DNA of 64,000 nucleotides from a virus (IMGVR_UViG_3300028634_000502:37231-101230), one strand, 5' to 3'. Shown: positions 27,545 to 37,929, numbered from the stretch's first letter. Program-made: numbers and translations. The notes: generated by a model from the sequence alone, not told the origin.

Positions 27545-29709
27545 TATATTGCATACCCCCTATCCGTTCTACGCTGGAGCAGGTAAAGCTCGCGAGCGAT
27601 GTTTTTGATGTCGTCATTGTTTCTGACTACCATGCTTGCAATATTAAAATTATTGGTAGCCACCCCGGTTCCTCTGTTCTTAAGACTGTTTGCCCAATTA
27701 ACATCAAAATCAGTTGGGATAGCATTCTGGATATCCTCTGAAACCTTGTTCATCGATTTATCAAAACCTTGCCCTAGACCGATGGCCATATTGTCACCGA
27801 TGCTAGCAAAAACGGTAGAAGGGGAGTGGATACCAAGCAGGCCCTTAACGTTTTTGACGATACCTCCAACGAAATCACTCACTTTACTCCTAATCCAGCT
27901 CGTCATGGAATTGATGCCATTCCAAAGGCCTTGGACAATATTCTTGCCTATTTCGACTATTGAACCAGCGGCTTTTCCAATGCCCGTAACGATGGCAGAA
28001 ACAATCTGTGGCAAGTTTACGACCAGCTGAGGAATTGCTCTAATGAGCCCTGCTGCAAGCTGCACAGTAAGCGTCATACCCATGCTAATAATGGCAGGGA
28101 GGTTCTCTGTAATAAAATTTGTGATGCTTGAGATGATCTGGGGCAGTGCCTCAATCAACTGAGGTAGAGCATTTAGCAGACCTTCCGCCAGACCTTTTAT
28201 GATAGCAAAGGCTGCCTCAAGGATTTCATCCATGCTATTAAGCAGCCCCTGCACAATGGTGACAATGGCCTCCACCGCCGCCGGAATGAGTTCAGGAAGC
28301 GCGAGTCCGATGCCTTCTACGAGTGCTGTTACCAATTGCACTGCTGCATCAAAAAGTTGAGGAAGGTTGTCAATGAGGGCATTTACAATTGTCATAACGG
28401 CAGCTACTGTCGCAGGGATGAGTTCAGGCAAAAGACTTAGGAGCGTTTCCAGCACCTGAGTAAACAATTCCGTGACAGTATCAAGAAGCGCAGGAAGCAA
28501 ATCACCGATTGCCGATAAAATGGCATCCATTGCTGTAGGGAGGGCAACCACTATGTTCTCAATCACAGGCACGATGTTTTTAACTACCGCTTCAAAAGCC
28601 TCAACAAGATTCTGCGTCAGATTCGTCATATCGGCATTAGCGTTACCAAGTCCCGCTGTAAAAGAACCAAGTGCGGCCTGCATTAGTCCGATGGAACCGG
28701 ATATGGTCTGGGTTGATTCTTTTGCGAAGTTCCCGGCATATTGTTGGGTATTCTCAAAAAACATCTGCATGGCCACTTCAGCTTTTTCCGCTTGCGTGGC
28801 AGTATTCCAAGTGAAGTCCAGACCCTTAGCGAGGGCATATGCTTCAATGTTAGTAGCATTCATGGCAACACCCAGATTGTCCATCATGGTAAAATTGCCC
28901 TTAGCAGCTCCCGTGACTGCCTCCATGGCCATCGACATATCAATTCCCATGACAGATGCCATGTCTGCGGATCTTTGCATTGCTTTCTCAGTTAGTTCCA
29001 GGGACTTTTGCTGTTCGATACCGGAGCCTTGAAACAGAGCACCCATCTTATTGGCGGTGGCCAGGTAATCGCTTTGGGAAAGACCGAGATTTTTATATGC
29101 TTCTTCACCTGTCTTTTGGATGGAATCAGCATACTTTCCAAAGACCGCCTCTGATCCGCCAAGGTTCTGCTCCAGTTCACCGAATTGCTCGATAACCTCT
29201 TTTCCCAGTTTAAAAGCAGCAACTCCTGCGGCAACGGAGGCGGCGCCCATCGATGCGCCGACACCCTTGAGGACACCGCCCAGTTTATCAAACTTACCGC
29301 TGGCATCGTCAGCACTTTTAGCTGAATCCTGAAGTTCATCGCCGAGTTTGTCTGCACTATCTGCCGATTGCTCTAATTCACGCTCCATACCGTTGAGTTC
29401 AGCTTTAGCGTTGTTAAGCTGAATTGCCCAGTTTTGGGTACGGCGGTCATTTTCGCCAAACGATGAGGATGCATTCTCAAGTGCTTTACGCAAGGTTTCG
29501 ATTTTGTCCTTCTGAGCATCGATTTGCTTGGTGAGCACCTCATTCTTGGAGGTGAGGGACTGGACGCTATTTTCGTTTTTGCCAAATTCGGACTCGACTA
29601 GCTTCATTTCAGAGCCGAGCACCTTGAAAGACTGATTGATATCAGAAAGGGCCCTTTTGAACTCTTTTTCACCCTCGACGCCTATTTTTAGACCGAAGTT
29701 ATCTGCCAT
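27544..29709 (-). CDS. Tail tape measure protein
   Basis: MADNFGLKIGVEGEKEFK, coiled coil, Ala/Leu-rich repeats, GIHSPS. Confidence 0.92.
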   Translation of the reverse strand: MADNFGLKIGVEGEKEFKRALSDINQSFKVLGSEMKLVESEFGKNENSVQSLTSKNEVLTKQIDAQKDKIETLRKALENASSSFGENDRRTQNWAIQLNNAKAELNGMERELEQSADSADKLGDELQDSAKSADDASGKFDKLGGVLKGVGASMGAASVAAGVAAFKLGKEVIEQFGELEQNLGGSEAVFGKYADSIQKTGEEAYKNLGLSQSDYLATANKMGALFQGSGIEQQKSLELTEKAMQRSADMASVMGIDMSMAMEAVTGAAKGNFTMMDNLGVAMNATNIEAYALAKGLDFTWNTATQAEKAEVAMQMFFENTQQYAGNFAKESTQTISGSIGLMQAALGSFTAGLGNANADMTNLTQNLVEAFEAVVKNIVPVIENIVVALPTAMDAILSAIGDLLPALLDTVTELFTQVLETLLSLLPELIPATVAAVMTIVNALIDNLPQLFDAAVQLVTALVEGIGLALPELIPAAVEAIVTIVQGLLNSMDEILEAAFAIIKGLAEGLLNALPQLIEALPQIISSITNFITENLPAIISMGMTLTVQLAAGLIRAIPQLVVNLPQIVSAIVTGIGKAAGSIVEIGKNIVQGLWNGINSMTSWIRSKVSDFVGGIVKNVKGLLGIHSPSTVFASIGDNMAIGLGQGFDKSMNKVSEDIQNAIPTDFDVNWANSLKNRGTGVATNNFNIASMVVRNNDDIKNIARELYLLQRRTDRGYAI

Positions 29710-29724
29710 GTTCCCATCACCTCC

Positions 29725-29934
29725 TTAAATGCCGTTTGGTATGATTTCATCGATGTAATACTCACGGGCTGCCTTAGCAAGTCCGTTGAACTGCTTGTAT
29801 ATCTCCCACTGGTCGAGCAAATGCCCGATTGGCATCAGCCAAACTTCCTGCTCAGACCGATGAAGGAGGGATACACCATAAAATATTAGTCGGGCAAACA
29901 ACTCATCGTCGCTTACCCGACCTGTGCGTTTTTT
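29725..29934 (-). CDS. Tail assembly chaperone T segment, reached by -1 frameshift
   Basis: Open -1 frame after the A AAA AAC heptamer at 29928-29934, running to the tape-measure RBS. Confidence 0.75.
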   Translation of the reverse strand, partial: KKRTGRVSDDELFARLIFYGVSLLHRSEQEVWLMPIGHLLDQWEIYKQFNGLAKAAREYYIDEIIPNGI

Positions 29935-30299
29935 GATGGTTCATCCTCGCTTTCAACATGGCGCTTCGTTCCTTTATACATGGCGTCCATGATGGCGTTT
30001 TTATACTCCGCGAGCTCGAAGGGAGAGGTGAGAAGCTCAACGGTATCTTCAGTAAGCAGATCCCGCTTTTTTGAAGGATTCTGCAAGTTGTGGACCAGTA
30101 CCGATTGATTGGCCAGAAGAGTGATAAGCCAAACAACCTCATCTAGTGCTAGCTCAAAGTTCTCCGTTTTCATGAGCTTTTCGCCCAAATTAGAAAGACC
30201 GCCATATCTCTTGGCGATCTCCTTCGTTGCTTTGGTCGTCAGGAGCATTTCATATTCCTGGCTACCTATTTCAATGATTGCACTTCTTTCATTATCCAT
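29913..30299 (-). CDS. Tail assembly chaperone (gpG-like)
   Basis: Between the major tail and tape measure genes; ends with slippery SKN codons. Confidence 0.8.
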   Translation of the reverse strand: MDNERSAIIEIGSQEYEMLLTTKATKEIAKRYGGLSNLGEKLMKTENFELALDEVVWLITLLANQSVLVHNLQNPSKKRDLLTEDTVELLTSPFELAEYKNAIMDAMYKGTKRHVESEDEPSKNAQVG

Positions 30300-30313
30300 C
30301 GTTATACCCTCCA

Positions 30314-30904
30314 TTACGGTGTGACCGTGAATACAGGTTCATAAACCTGCGTGTACCAGCCGGTGATAACGGATGCCGGAACGCTCACGTCGTCCTCGTT
30401 GACTTCTGATTTCCACGGATGCTTGCCGTTGCCATCAAGCTTATTTCTTCGCACCACAGTTCCTTCGATGGTCGGGGTGGAAAAGGTGATGCTGTCGCCC
30501 TTGGTGGCGAGGTTGGTTGCCGGGATGCCAAAGACAACACGGTAAAGCCAGAAGTATCTGTAATTGCCGTTTGATTTCTTAGCCCTGAACCCAACAGCCA
30601 CAGGGGAACCGCCATCCTCACTGCCGGAAACCACGACATGGTTGTCGTCAAGCTTTGCTCCGGTCAAATCCCCAGCCGCCAGCGCACCGATATCGTCAAT
30701 TCCAAGGGAAAGGGTCCCGCTCTTGAATTCCTTCACAATTTCAGCAGGTCCATCATCGGCATATAATGTTGCTTCCGCAAGCTCTACGGACAAGTCTGCC
30801 TTCATCGCTTTTGCAAGTTGGATGGGCGTGCCGTAGGTTTCATTTCCGCTCAAGTCCTCTGTGATTTTGGCGTAATACAGTTTATCTAATCCGATAGTCG
30901 CCAT
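30314..30904 (-). CDS. Major tail protein (phi13 family)
   Basis: IGLDKLYYA, LYADD, YRYFWLY. Confidence 0.92.
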   Translation of the reverse strand: MATIGLDKLYYAKITEDLSGNETYGTPIQLAKAMKADLSVELAEATLYADDGPAEIVKEFKSGTLSLGIDDIGALAAGDLTGAKLDDNHVVVSGSEDGGSPVAVGFRAKKSNGNYRYFWLYRVVFGIPATNLATKGDSITFSTPTIEGTVVRRNKLDGNGKHPWKSEVNEDDVSVPASVITGWYTQVYEPVFTVTP

Positions 30905-30907
30905 TTG

Positions 30908-31246
30908 TTAATCCTCCAATTCGTAGTTTTTCGCCACATCAATGGCGTAATGGAAATAGCCGGTGTCATCCTCGTGTCCGATGTACCGGCGGTCGGTTAT
31001 GATGAAATCCGCTTCCAGAAGGAGTCGGACAATTAGGTTTTTGAGAGTCGTATAGCTTCCCTTGTCAAACAGGGATATCCGCGCCTCCTGGATTTCATGC
31101 CGTGGTTTATCGTCGGTAAAAAGCTCGAACGTATCAACCATCGGCGTGATCACAGCATATCTATCTGGTGCTGGCTCAGAAAACACGCCTGTCTCCAAAG
31201 GAACGAGGGGTGAGATGATGGTGTTCAGTTCACTGAGAAGGCTCAT
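30908..31246 (-). CDS. Putative tail terminator/completion protein
   Basis: Position; EDDTGYFHY motif. Confidence 0.7.
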   Translation of the reverse strand: MSLLSELNTIISPLVPLETGVFSEPAPDRYAVITPMVDTFELFTDDKPRHEIQEARISLFDKGSYTTLKNLIVRLLLEADFIITDRRYIGHEDDTGYFHYAIDVAKNYELED

Positions 31247-31674
31247 AATTTCTCAACCTCCTCCTCAAACGTCGCAATCATCGCGTCCACACAGGCCTTT
31301 TTACTTACTGTTTTCGCAGGCTTCAGAAAAGGTTTAGGAGACTGTCCATGTTTGCCGTATTCCAAAACACCTGCAACCATAGCGTTACTTTTGCCATCCT
31401 TTCGAGGTTCAGAAAAACCGACCTTGACGTTGAAATTTCCTTCTTTGTCTTGTCTGGCAGAGGAGACGCCAAGGGCTGAAACGAGCTCACCAGTGGATTT
31501 GCTATCTTCCTTTGTGCCATTTCCAATAACACTCTGGAGATTACTTTTCACTCTAGCGCAGGCAACCTCGCCGCCTGCTTTCAGTATGCGGGGAATGATT
31601 TCATCCGTTTTCTCGCCAAGCCTTGAGAGTTTCATCAGGAAGTCGTCCGGCATTTTTAATGTTGCTTTAGCCAC
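31243..31674 (-). CDS. HK97 gp10-like tail component
   Basis: TGEL, LEYG, PKPFLKPA. Confidence 0.88.
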   Translation of the reverse strand: MAKATLKMPDDFLMKLSRLGEKTDEIIPRILKAGGEVACARVKSNLQSVIGNGTKEDSKSTGELVSALGVSSARQDKEGNFNVKVGFSEPRKDGKSNAMVAGVLEYGKHGQSPKPFLKPAKTVSKKACVDAMIATFEEEVEKL

Positions 31675-31999
31675 TGGGTTTCACCTCCTTGGCAAGAACC
31701 TCAATATACATGCCGCGTCCCTTGACATCCTCTACCGAGGTGATTTCAAAACGCCCATTTTTGTTCACTACAACCATCGAAGTTGTGACAATTACATTCG
31801 GGATGCGGCGAAAACGGAAAAGGTCGGTGGCTTCAGAGAAGCTGGCTCTGTTTGCCCATTTCTCGTTGCCGTGCCGACCCTCCCGATACGCTTTGACAGA
31901 GGCTATGGTGTTGTCGACTTCCGTCCTGAAACCCTCCTGATCTTTGGTGGTCACTTTTTCCACGATGTCGATGAATGTATTCATCTTTCCATAGCTCAT
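31667..31999 (-). CDS. Head-tail adaptor/head closure protein
   Basis: Start MSYGKMN; position and size. Confidence 0.8.
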   Translation of the reverse strand: MSYGKMNTFIDIVEKVTTKDQEGFRTEVDNTIASVKAYREGRHGNEKWANRASFSEATDLFRFRRIPNVIVTTSMVVVNKNGRFEITSVEDVKGRGMYIEVLAKEVKPSG

Positions 32000-32001
32000 A
32001 A

Positions 32002-32310
32002 TCACACCTTCCAATCTCGGTCCAGCCGGAGTAAAAGGTTGACGGTATTCCACACTTGCTGTCCAGCCTGGACATTGTCCGCAAAAAAGCCGCCCGTGCT
32101 GCCATCCCTTGATTCGTAGAAGTGTGACGACAGCATGATGATGGCTTGCTCAGTTGTGGCTGGCATTGTGGTTTCGGCATAGGCACCTTCGGGAAGATGC
32201 TGGTAGCTCTCGGCATAGCTGATGGCAGCGGTTACGTACAGCTGCAGAAGTTCATCGTCTACCGAGTGTTCTAAAATGAGATTTGCTTTGACTTTTTCAA
32301 GCAGTGTCAT
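32002..32310 (-). CDS. Head-tail connector (gp6/gp15-like)
   Basis: LEKVKANL...DDELL...HFYESR. Confidence 0.88.
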   Translation of the reverse strand: MTLLEKVKANLILEHSVDDELLQLYVTAAISYAESYQHLPEGAYAETTMPATTEQAIIMLSSHFYESRDGSTGGFFADNVQAGQQVWNTVNLLLRLDRDWKV

Positions 32311-32334
32311 ACCGTCACCATCCTTTCATCAACC

Positions 32335-32697
32335 TTATGCGTCCGGTGCCATCAAGCCAGCAGTCTTTAGTTTGACCAGCAGTGCGTTAAAATCAACAAC
32401 AAGTCCGGCAATAGTTGTAGCGGTTGAGTCTGCCTGGTTTTCGGCTATGGACGGCTCTGGCACACTGGGATAAGTTTGAACATAAAGGATTCCATCCGTT
32501 CCGACTTTTGCAGGAACGGTATCCGTTTCCGTTTTAGTAGCTGCCTTGATCCCACCCAGCGTGGTTTCAGTAGCGATGGACACGGAAGCAGAAGGAAGCC
32601 CCGTTACCGAGGCTCCCTCCAAGATTTCCAGTGTGCCACCGATGACGGTTTTCTCGCCGCCCTGTTCGGTATAGTTCTTTGCGTTATATTCGCTCAT
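32335..32697 (-). CDS. Head fibre/decoration protein
   Basis: YNAKNYTEQGG, LGGIK, DFNALL.KLK.AG; follows the capsid gene. Confidence 0.7.
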   Translation of the reverse strand: MSEYNAKNYTEQGGEKTVIGGTLEILEGASVTGLPSASVSIATETTLGGIKAATKTETDTVPAKVGTDGILYVQTYPSVPEPSIAENQADSTATTIAGLVVDFNALLVKLKTAGLMAPDA

Positions 32698-32712
32698 TAT
32701 CTCGTCCTCCTT

Positions 32713-33894
32713 TTAGGCGTGCTGCTTCAGGAGCTTAATGCCCTCTGGCAGCACGGTCTTAGCGTCCACACGCTGGAAAGCGTAGAAGCCAGTCTGAAGG
32801 TTGGCGATGTGCAGTTCATCCGCACGGCGCACGGTTCTGCCGCTTCGGTCGGCAATCCAGTAGTTCTGGAAGTCACCGAAAGCGACGGTGTAGGCGCTTG
32901 CCGCGATGGTCGGCGCATACTGTGAGACATATACCGGGAAACCAAGCAGTCTGTCGGGCTGACCTGCCTGCAGCGACGGCTGCCACATATAGGCACCGTT
33001 ACCATCCTTCAGCTTTCGGATACCCGCGAGGGTAGCGCTGCTCAAAATAAACGCTGCATTTTTCTTGTAGCCGTCCTTGAGTGAATACGTCAGGTCAATG
33101 AGTTCATCCGCCTTGATATCCGCTGCCGTTGCAGTGGTCACGCCGACGTTGCCGCCGTTCGCGGTGAAAATACCAGTTGGCTGGCCGCTACCGGTGCCGA
33201 TGCAGAAAGCCTGCTCTTCTTTTGCCGCAAAAGCGCGAGCAAAATTGTCGATGAGGTAAGCTTCCAGATCGAACATGGAGTCCTGAAGCAGTTCCTCCGA
33301 CACCAGTGCTGCCGCACGGAGCGTAAATGCGTCAAGTGAGAGCTGATTGAAGGTGGGCGTGCTGGGCGTAAATACGCCGCTTTCTGCCACCCAGTCGGCG
33401 GATACATCCGTCAGTGCGACGTTAATCCTGTGTGGTGCCGCGGTCGTGATGACCTTGGCCAGAGAACGAATGACATTCTCACGGGCAAGCGCCTGGACGA
33501 GTGCACTATCAAATTCCACAGGAACGAGATAGCCTCCGGTGGATGAAGTGCCTTGCTCCATAACATTGTGAATAGGACGCTTACCGCGCACGAGGTTCAA
33601 GAAATCCTCACGGTATTCGGCGGTTGCTCTGACAATGACTGGCTTACCGTTTTGTGCGTTGGGCTTTCCCGTAATGGGCAAGCTTGTCGGCTGCGCCATT
33701 GCCGCGTCTCTTGCTACACGGTCTTCCTCAATGGAAATCTGATGTGCCATCGAGTCCACATCCGCGAGCATTTTGTCATAGGTTGCGTTGTCTTCAGGAG
33801 AAAGGACACCTTCCTTTGCTCGCGTGTCGAGAAAAGCTTTCGCTGCGTCCCATGCTTTTGCGCGTCTTTCGCGCATTTCCAGTACCTTTTTCAT
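32713..33894 (-). CDS. Major capsid protein, HK97 fold
   Basis: GGYLVP, SEELLQDS, GTGSGQPTGI, LKD.NG.Y.W, FGDF. Confidence 0.95.
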   Translation of the reverse strand: MKKVLEMRERRAKAWDAAKAFLDTRAKEGVLSPEDNATYDKMLADVDSMAHQISIEEDRVARDAAMAQPTSLPITGKPNAQNGKPVIVRATAEYREDFLNLVRGKRPIHNVMEQGTSSTGGYLVPVEFDSALVQALARENVIRSLAKVITTAAPHRINVALTDVSADWVAESGVFTPSTPTFNQLSLDAFTLRAAALVSEELLQDSMFDLEAYLIDNFARAFAAKEEQAFCIGTGSGQPTGIFTANGGNVGVTTATAADIKADELIDLTYSLKDGYKKNAAFILSSATLAGIRKLKDGNGAYMWQPSLQAGQPDRLLGFPVYVSQYAPTIAASAYTVAFGDFQNYWIADRSGRTVRRADELHIANLQTGFYAFQRVDAKTVLPEGIKLLKQHA

Positions 33895-33908
33895 AATCAA
33901 TTCCTCCA

Positions 33909-34685
33909 TTAAATGTATTTGCGGGCTTGCAGTTTCTGCATAGCCGCTTCGATGGAAACGCCAGTCGGCGCCTCCTGCTTCTGTTCTTCCGCCTTAGCAG
34001 CGGGTTGCGAGATGAGTTTATTCATTAGCGAATTGGTCACCGCCCTGCGGCTAAACGCAAAGACCACATCTTCGGTTTGGCCGCGCTTAGCATCCTCCAA
34101 GACACCGTCAGCGAAGCCCAGCTCGATTGCCTTGTTCGCGTTCATCCACGTTTCACCGTCCATGAGATGCGAGATTTTCGCCCTCGACTGGCCGGTCTTG
34201 ATTTCATAGGCGTTGATGATGGATTCTTTCACTTCGTCTAGCATGGCGATGGCTTTCTGCATTTCCTCGGTATCGCCAATAGCGACGGACATCGGGTTGT
34301 GGATCATGAGCAGTGCTGTTGGCGCCATGAGCACCTCGGTTCCCGCCATAGCGATGACTGATGCCGCGCTTGCCGCCAGACCGTCAATTTTTACGGTGAC
34401 ATTTCCGGGATAATCCATGAGCATGGCGTAGATTTGTGAAGCCGCTACACAGTCCCCGCCAGGCGAGTTGATCCACATGACGATGTCACCGCTGCCGGAA
34501 AGCAGCTCATCCTTGAACATTCGTGGCGTGATCTCATCACCCCACCAGCTTTCGTCCGCAATGGTACCGTCGAGGTATAGGGTGCGGACGCCCAGTGCCT
34601 CGTCATTTCCCCAGTTCCAGAAGTGCTTATCACGCACCCTGCCGAGGGACTTGTTTGGACTTGCTGCCCGTTTTGGTTGGTCCAT
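33909..34685 (-). CDS. Prohead maturation protease (ClpP-like)
   Basis: INSPGGD, AASAAS, MIHNP, ETWM.A..A...GFAD. Confidence 0.93.
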   Translation of the reverse strand: MDQPKRAASPNKSLGRVRDKHFWNWGNDEALGVRTLYLDGTIADESWWGDEITPRMFKDELLSGSGDIVMWINSPGGDCVAASQIYAMLMDYPGNVTVKIDGLAASAASVIAMAGTEVLMAPTALLMIHNPMSVAIGDTEEMQKAIAMLDEVKESIINAYEIKTGQSRAKISHLMDGETWMNANKAIELGFADGVLEDAKRGQTEDVVFAFSRRAVTNSLMNKLISQPAAKAEEQKQEAPTGVSIEAAMQKLQARKYI

Positions 34686-35946
34686 CTGAGGTTTCCTCCG
34701 TTTCTGTTGTATTTCTATTTGCAAACGCACCTGCGTCCTGCAATTTGGTCATTGCTCCATTAATGAGGTACAAATCCCCGCCAAGCTCCACTGGTATTCG
34801 GTCGAGGTTCTCAAGCTGCCGGATGTCGTTTGCGCTCATCCAGCCGTTTTGCCGAGCCGTAGCATAGCCGGTCATACGACTGGCATAGTCGCCACGAAGC
34901 AGTCCGTCCACATTGAATTTGGTATAAACATTGCGTTTTTCGCTTTCGAGTAGCAGCGACTTGTTCATCGCCTGTTCCCAGCGGATAACCCAGGGATCGA
35001 GTGTGTATTTCACGAATTCCAGCGACTGCTGCTCGATGTTGGAAAACGAGGATTTCTCCAAGTCAGCCAGCATATGCGGCGGCACCCTGAAAATACGGGC
35101 GATTTCATTGATCTGAAACTTACGAGTTTCTAAAAACTGTGCCTGCTCGGGAGAGATGGCAATCGGCGTATATTTGAGCCCTTCCTCCAGCACCGCGATT
35201 TTGTTGCTGTTAGCGCTGCCGCCAAACGTGGACTGCCAGCTTTGTCGAATGCGCTCCGGGTCTTTTATCGTGCCGGGGTGCTCGAGGACGCCGCTTGGCG
35301 CAGCGCCGTTGGCAAAGAATTTTGCTCCGTATTCCTCGGCGGCAATGGCAAGCCCTACGGCATTTTTCGCCATCGTAATCGGCGAGTACCCCACAAGACC
35401 GTCGAAGCCCAGACCGAGAATGTGGAGCACATCGCTGGGTGCGAGAATCACATCGCTTTGCTTGTTTTTGCCAACTTCCGGTGCGTCGTCAATGTTTCTC
35501 CGGTATCGGTAATACAGTCGTCCCTGTGAATCTCTGTCCACATTCATGCGATCAGGCATAAGCGGATACAGCGCCACAACCTCGCCACGCGCATTTCGTA
35601 TAATTTGTGCGTAGGCATTACCCGTCAGCAGCAGGTGGTTCATCATGGTTTCTCGGAACACAAACGAGGTCATCTCGGGGTTTGGTTCGTCGTGCAGCAC
35701 CCGCCAAAGCGGATGGTCAAGATATTTTTCCTTGCTTCCGTCACTGCCGTATTGATACACGAACAGCGGCAGGCCCGCGATGGCTTCCGATAAGATGCGG
35801 ATGCAGGAATAGACCGCCGTCATCTGCATAGCCGTCTTTTCATTTACGACCTTACCTGATGACGAGCTTCCCCATAAAAAACTGCTCCCGCCGCCTAAGT
35901 TTTTAGGCTTGTCGCGGGCTTTGAATATTCCCTGAAATATGTTCAT
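34630..35946 (-). CDS. Portal protein (HK97 family)
   Basis: AVYSCI, PNP.MT, GNAYA, FRVPP, SNIEQQ. Confidence 0.95.
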   Translation of the reverse strand: MNIFQGIFKARDKPKNLGGGSSFLWGSSSSGKVVNEKTAMQMTAVYSCIRILSEAIAGLPLFVYQYGSDGSKEKYLDHPLWRVLHDEPNPEMTSFVFRETMMNHLLLTGNAYAQIIRNARGEVVALYPLMPDRMNVDRDSQGRLYYRYRRNIDDAPEVGKNKQSDVILAPSDVLHILGLGFDGLVGYSPITMAKNAVGLAIAAEEYGAKFFANGAAPSGVLEHPGTIKDPERIRQSWQSTFGGSANSNKIAVLEEGLKYTPIAISPEQAQFLETRKFQINEIARIFRVPPHMLADLEKSSFSNIEQQSLEFVKYTLDPWVIRWEQAMNKSLLLESEKRNVYTKFNVDGLLRGDYASRMTGYATARQNGWMSANDIRQLENLDRIPVELGGDLYLINGAMTKLQDAGAFANRNTTETEETSDGPTKTGSKSKQVPRQGA

Positions 35947-35962
35947 AGGCAATTACCTCCAA

Positions 35963-37564
35963 TCAAAAAACGAGCAGTCCACGTGTGTCATACACGCTTT
36001 CGCCCGAGTCGTTACCGCACCGAATTGCGCGGTCCAATGCCATAATCGTCGCAACCGCACCATCGATCTTTTCTGTGGACTTTTCCTTGTCGGCCTTGAT
36101 GTTTCCGGCAGGATCGGTTCGAATAAAAATGTTATCCATCATCCACCGAAGGACCGGATGGCCACCGTGCGCGATTTTTTCTTCAAATGTAAGTTTCATT
36201 AGCTCTTTTGTCGGCGGAGACATATCCTTGAAGCCCTGCCCAAACGGGATGACCGAAAAGCCGAGATTCTCCAAATTCTGTGTCATCTGGACCGCGCCCC
36301 AGCGGTCGAAGGCGATCTCGCGGATGTTATACTTCGTGCCCAGCTGTTCAATGAACGCTTCAATGAAGCCGTAATGCACCACATTCCCTTCGGTAGTTAA
36401 CAAAAACCCTTGTTTCTGCCAAACGTCATAATTCACATGATCGCGCCGGACACGGAGGTCAATGTTGTCCTCCGGTATCCAGAAGAACGGGAGCACACTG
36501 TATTTGTCCTCCTCATCGAGTGGCGGGAAAACCAGCACGAACGCTGTTATATCCGTACTGCTAGAGAGGTCGAGTCCGCCGTAGCAGACCCGCCCTTCGA
36601 GAGCGGCTTCGTTCACGGGAAAAGCGCATTGATCCCATCTGTCCATAGGCATCCAGCGCACCGCCTGCTTGACCCACTGGTTCAGTCGAAGCTGCCTGAA
36701 GCTATTCTCCTCGGCGGGGTTTTGCCTTGCTGATTCAAACGCTGCTTTAACTTTGTCCATGCTGACGGTGATGCCAAGTGATGGATTCGCCTTTTTCCAC
36801 ACCTTCGGATCAGACCAGTCATCCTCGGAAGCTGCCCCGAAAATCACTGGGTAGAAGGTGGGATCGTTCTTTCTGCCGTCGATGATATCCAGTGCTTTTT
36901 GATGCACTTCCCAGCAGATGCTGTTTTGGTTATCACCGGCAGTGGTGATCAGGAAATACAGTGGCTGCATCCTGGCGTCGCCGCTGCCTTTGGTCATGAC
37001 ATCAAACAGTTTTCGATTGGGCTGGGTGTGCAGTTCATCAAACACGACGCCGTGGGTATTGAAACCGTGCTTGTTTCCCACATCAGCAGACAAGACCTGG
37101 TAGATGCTGCCGGTTGGCAGAAATATGAGCCGTTTCTGTGAATCAAGGATTTTCACCCGCTTGGATAGTGCCGGGCACATGCGCACCATATCCGCCGCTA
37201 CGTTAAAAACGATCGAGGCCTGATTGCGGTCTGCAGCGCAGCCATAAACCTCGGCGCGTTCCTCGTTGTCACCGCAGGTCAGCAGCAACGCTACAGCGGC
37301 GGCGAGCTCTGATTTCCCCATTTTCTTAGGTATCTCTACATACGCGGTGTTAAACTGCCGATAGCCATTGGGTTTTAGGGTACCGAACACGTCTCGGATA
37401 ATCTGTTCCTGCCAATCAATCAGCTCGAAGGGTTTTCCTGCCCAGGTGCCTTTGGTATGGGAAAGTGCCTCGATGAATGCGACTGCATAGTCGGCCGTCT
37501 CTTTGCTGTAGTAAGCGTCCTTCGCTATAAAAGTAGTCGGTTTGTATTTTTTGAGTTTTCGGAT
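35963..37564 (-). CDS. terL: Terminase large subunit (probable non-canonical ATC start)
   Basis: KKMGKSEL Walker A, FDELH, DLSS..D, KIDG; frame open for 58 codons upstream of the ORF-track start, to an ATC just after AAGGAGGTGA. Confidence 0.9.
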   Translation of the reverse strand: MRKLKKYKPTTFIAKDAYYSKETADYAVAFIEALSHTKGTWAGKPFELIDWQEQIIRDVFGTLKPNGYRQFNTAYVEIPKKMGKSELAAAVALLLTCGDNEERAEVYGCAADRNQASIVFNVAADMVRMCPALSKRVKILDSQKRLIFLPTGSIYQVLSADVGNKHGFNTHGVVFDELHTQPNRKLFDVMTKGSGDARMQPLYFLITTAGDNQNSICWEVHQKALDIIDGRKNDPTFYPVIFGAASEDDWSDPKVWKKANPSLGITVSMDKVKAAFESARQNPAEENSFRQLRLNQWVKQAVRWMPMDRWDQCAFPVNEAALEGRVCYGGLDLSSSTDITAFVLVFPPLDEEDKYSVLPFFWIPEDNIDLRVRRDHVNYDVWQKQGFLLTTEGNVVHYGFIEAFIEQLGTKYNIREIAFDRWGAVQMTQNLENLGFSVIPFGQGFKDMSPPTKELMKLTFEEKIAHGGHPVLRWMMDNIFIRTDPAGNIKADKEKSTEKIDGAVATIMALDRAIRCGNDSGESVYDTRGLLVF

Positions 37565-37671
37565 ATGCAGTCACCTCCTTCAAAAGGGCATAAAAAATAG
37601 ACCACAATGGGTCTTTCTTAACGAGGAACAGAGCCGCAAGGCTCCATTCCGGGATTTGATTTTTTATCGGG

Positions 37672-37902
37672 TTAGTTGTGTTCTTTCATCAGGATTGCAA
37701 GAGCAATCTCTGCATCGGAATCGAGCGGTTCTATGTCCCAACCTCTGTCGTAGTTGGCGATGATCTCACCATCGCGTTTTAGCATGAGTTTGGAAATGCG
37801 GCCCTTCTCGATGCCGTACTGCGATCCTTCTTCAAAACACTTCACCCAGTAGTGAATGATGCTGCTTCCAACTTTGATGCTTCCTTCTTTCCACATGGTC
37901 AT
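37672..37902 (-). CDS. Small hypothetical phage protein
   Basis: S.YGI..GRISKL and NYDRGWD motifs. Confidence 0.8.
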   Translation of the reverse strand: MTMWKEGSIKVGSSIIHYWVKCFEEGSQYGIEKGRISKLMLKRDGEIIANYDRGWDIEPLDSDAEIALAILMKEHN

Positions 37903-37929
37903 GTTCTCCCTTCGTTTTGTATGTGTATG

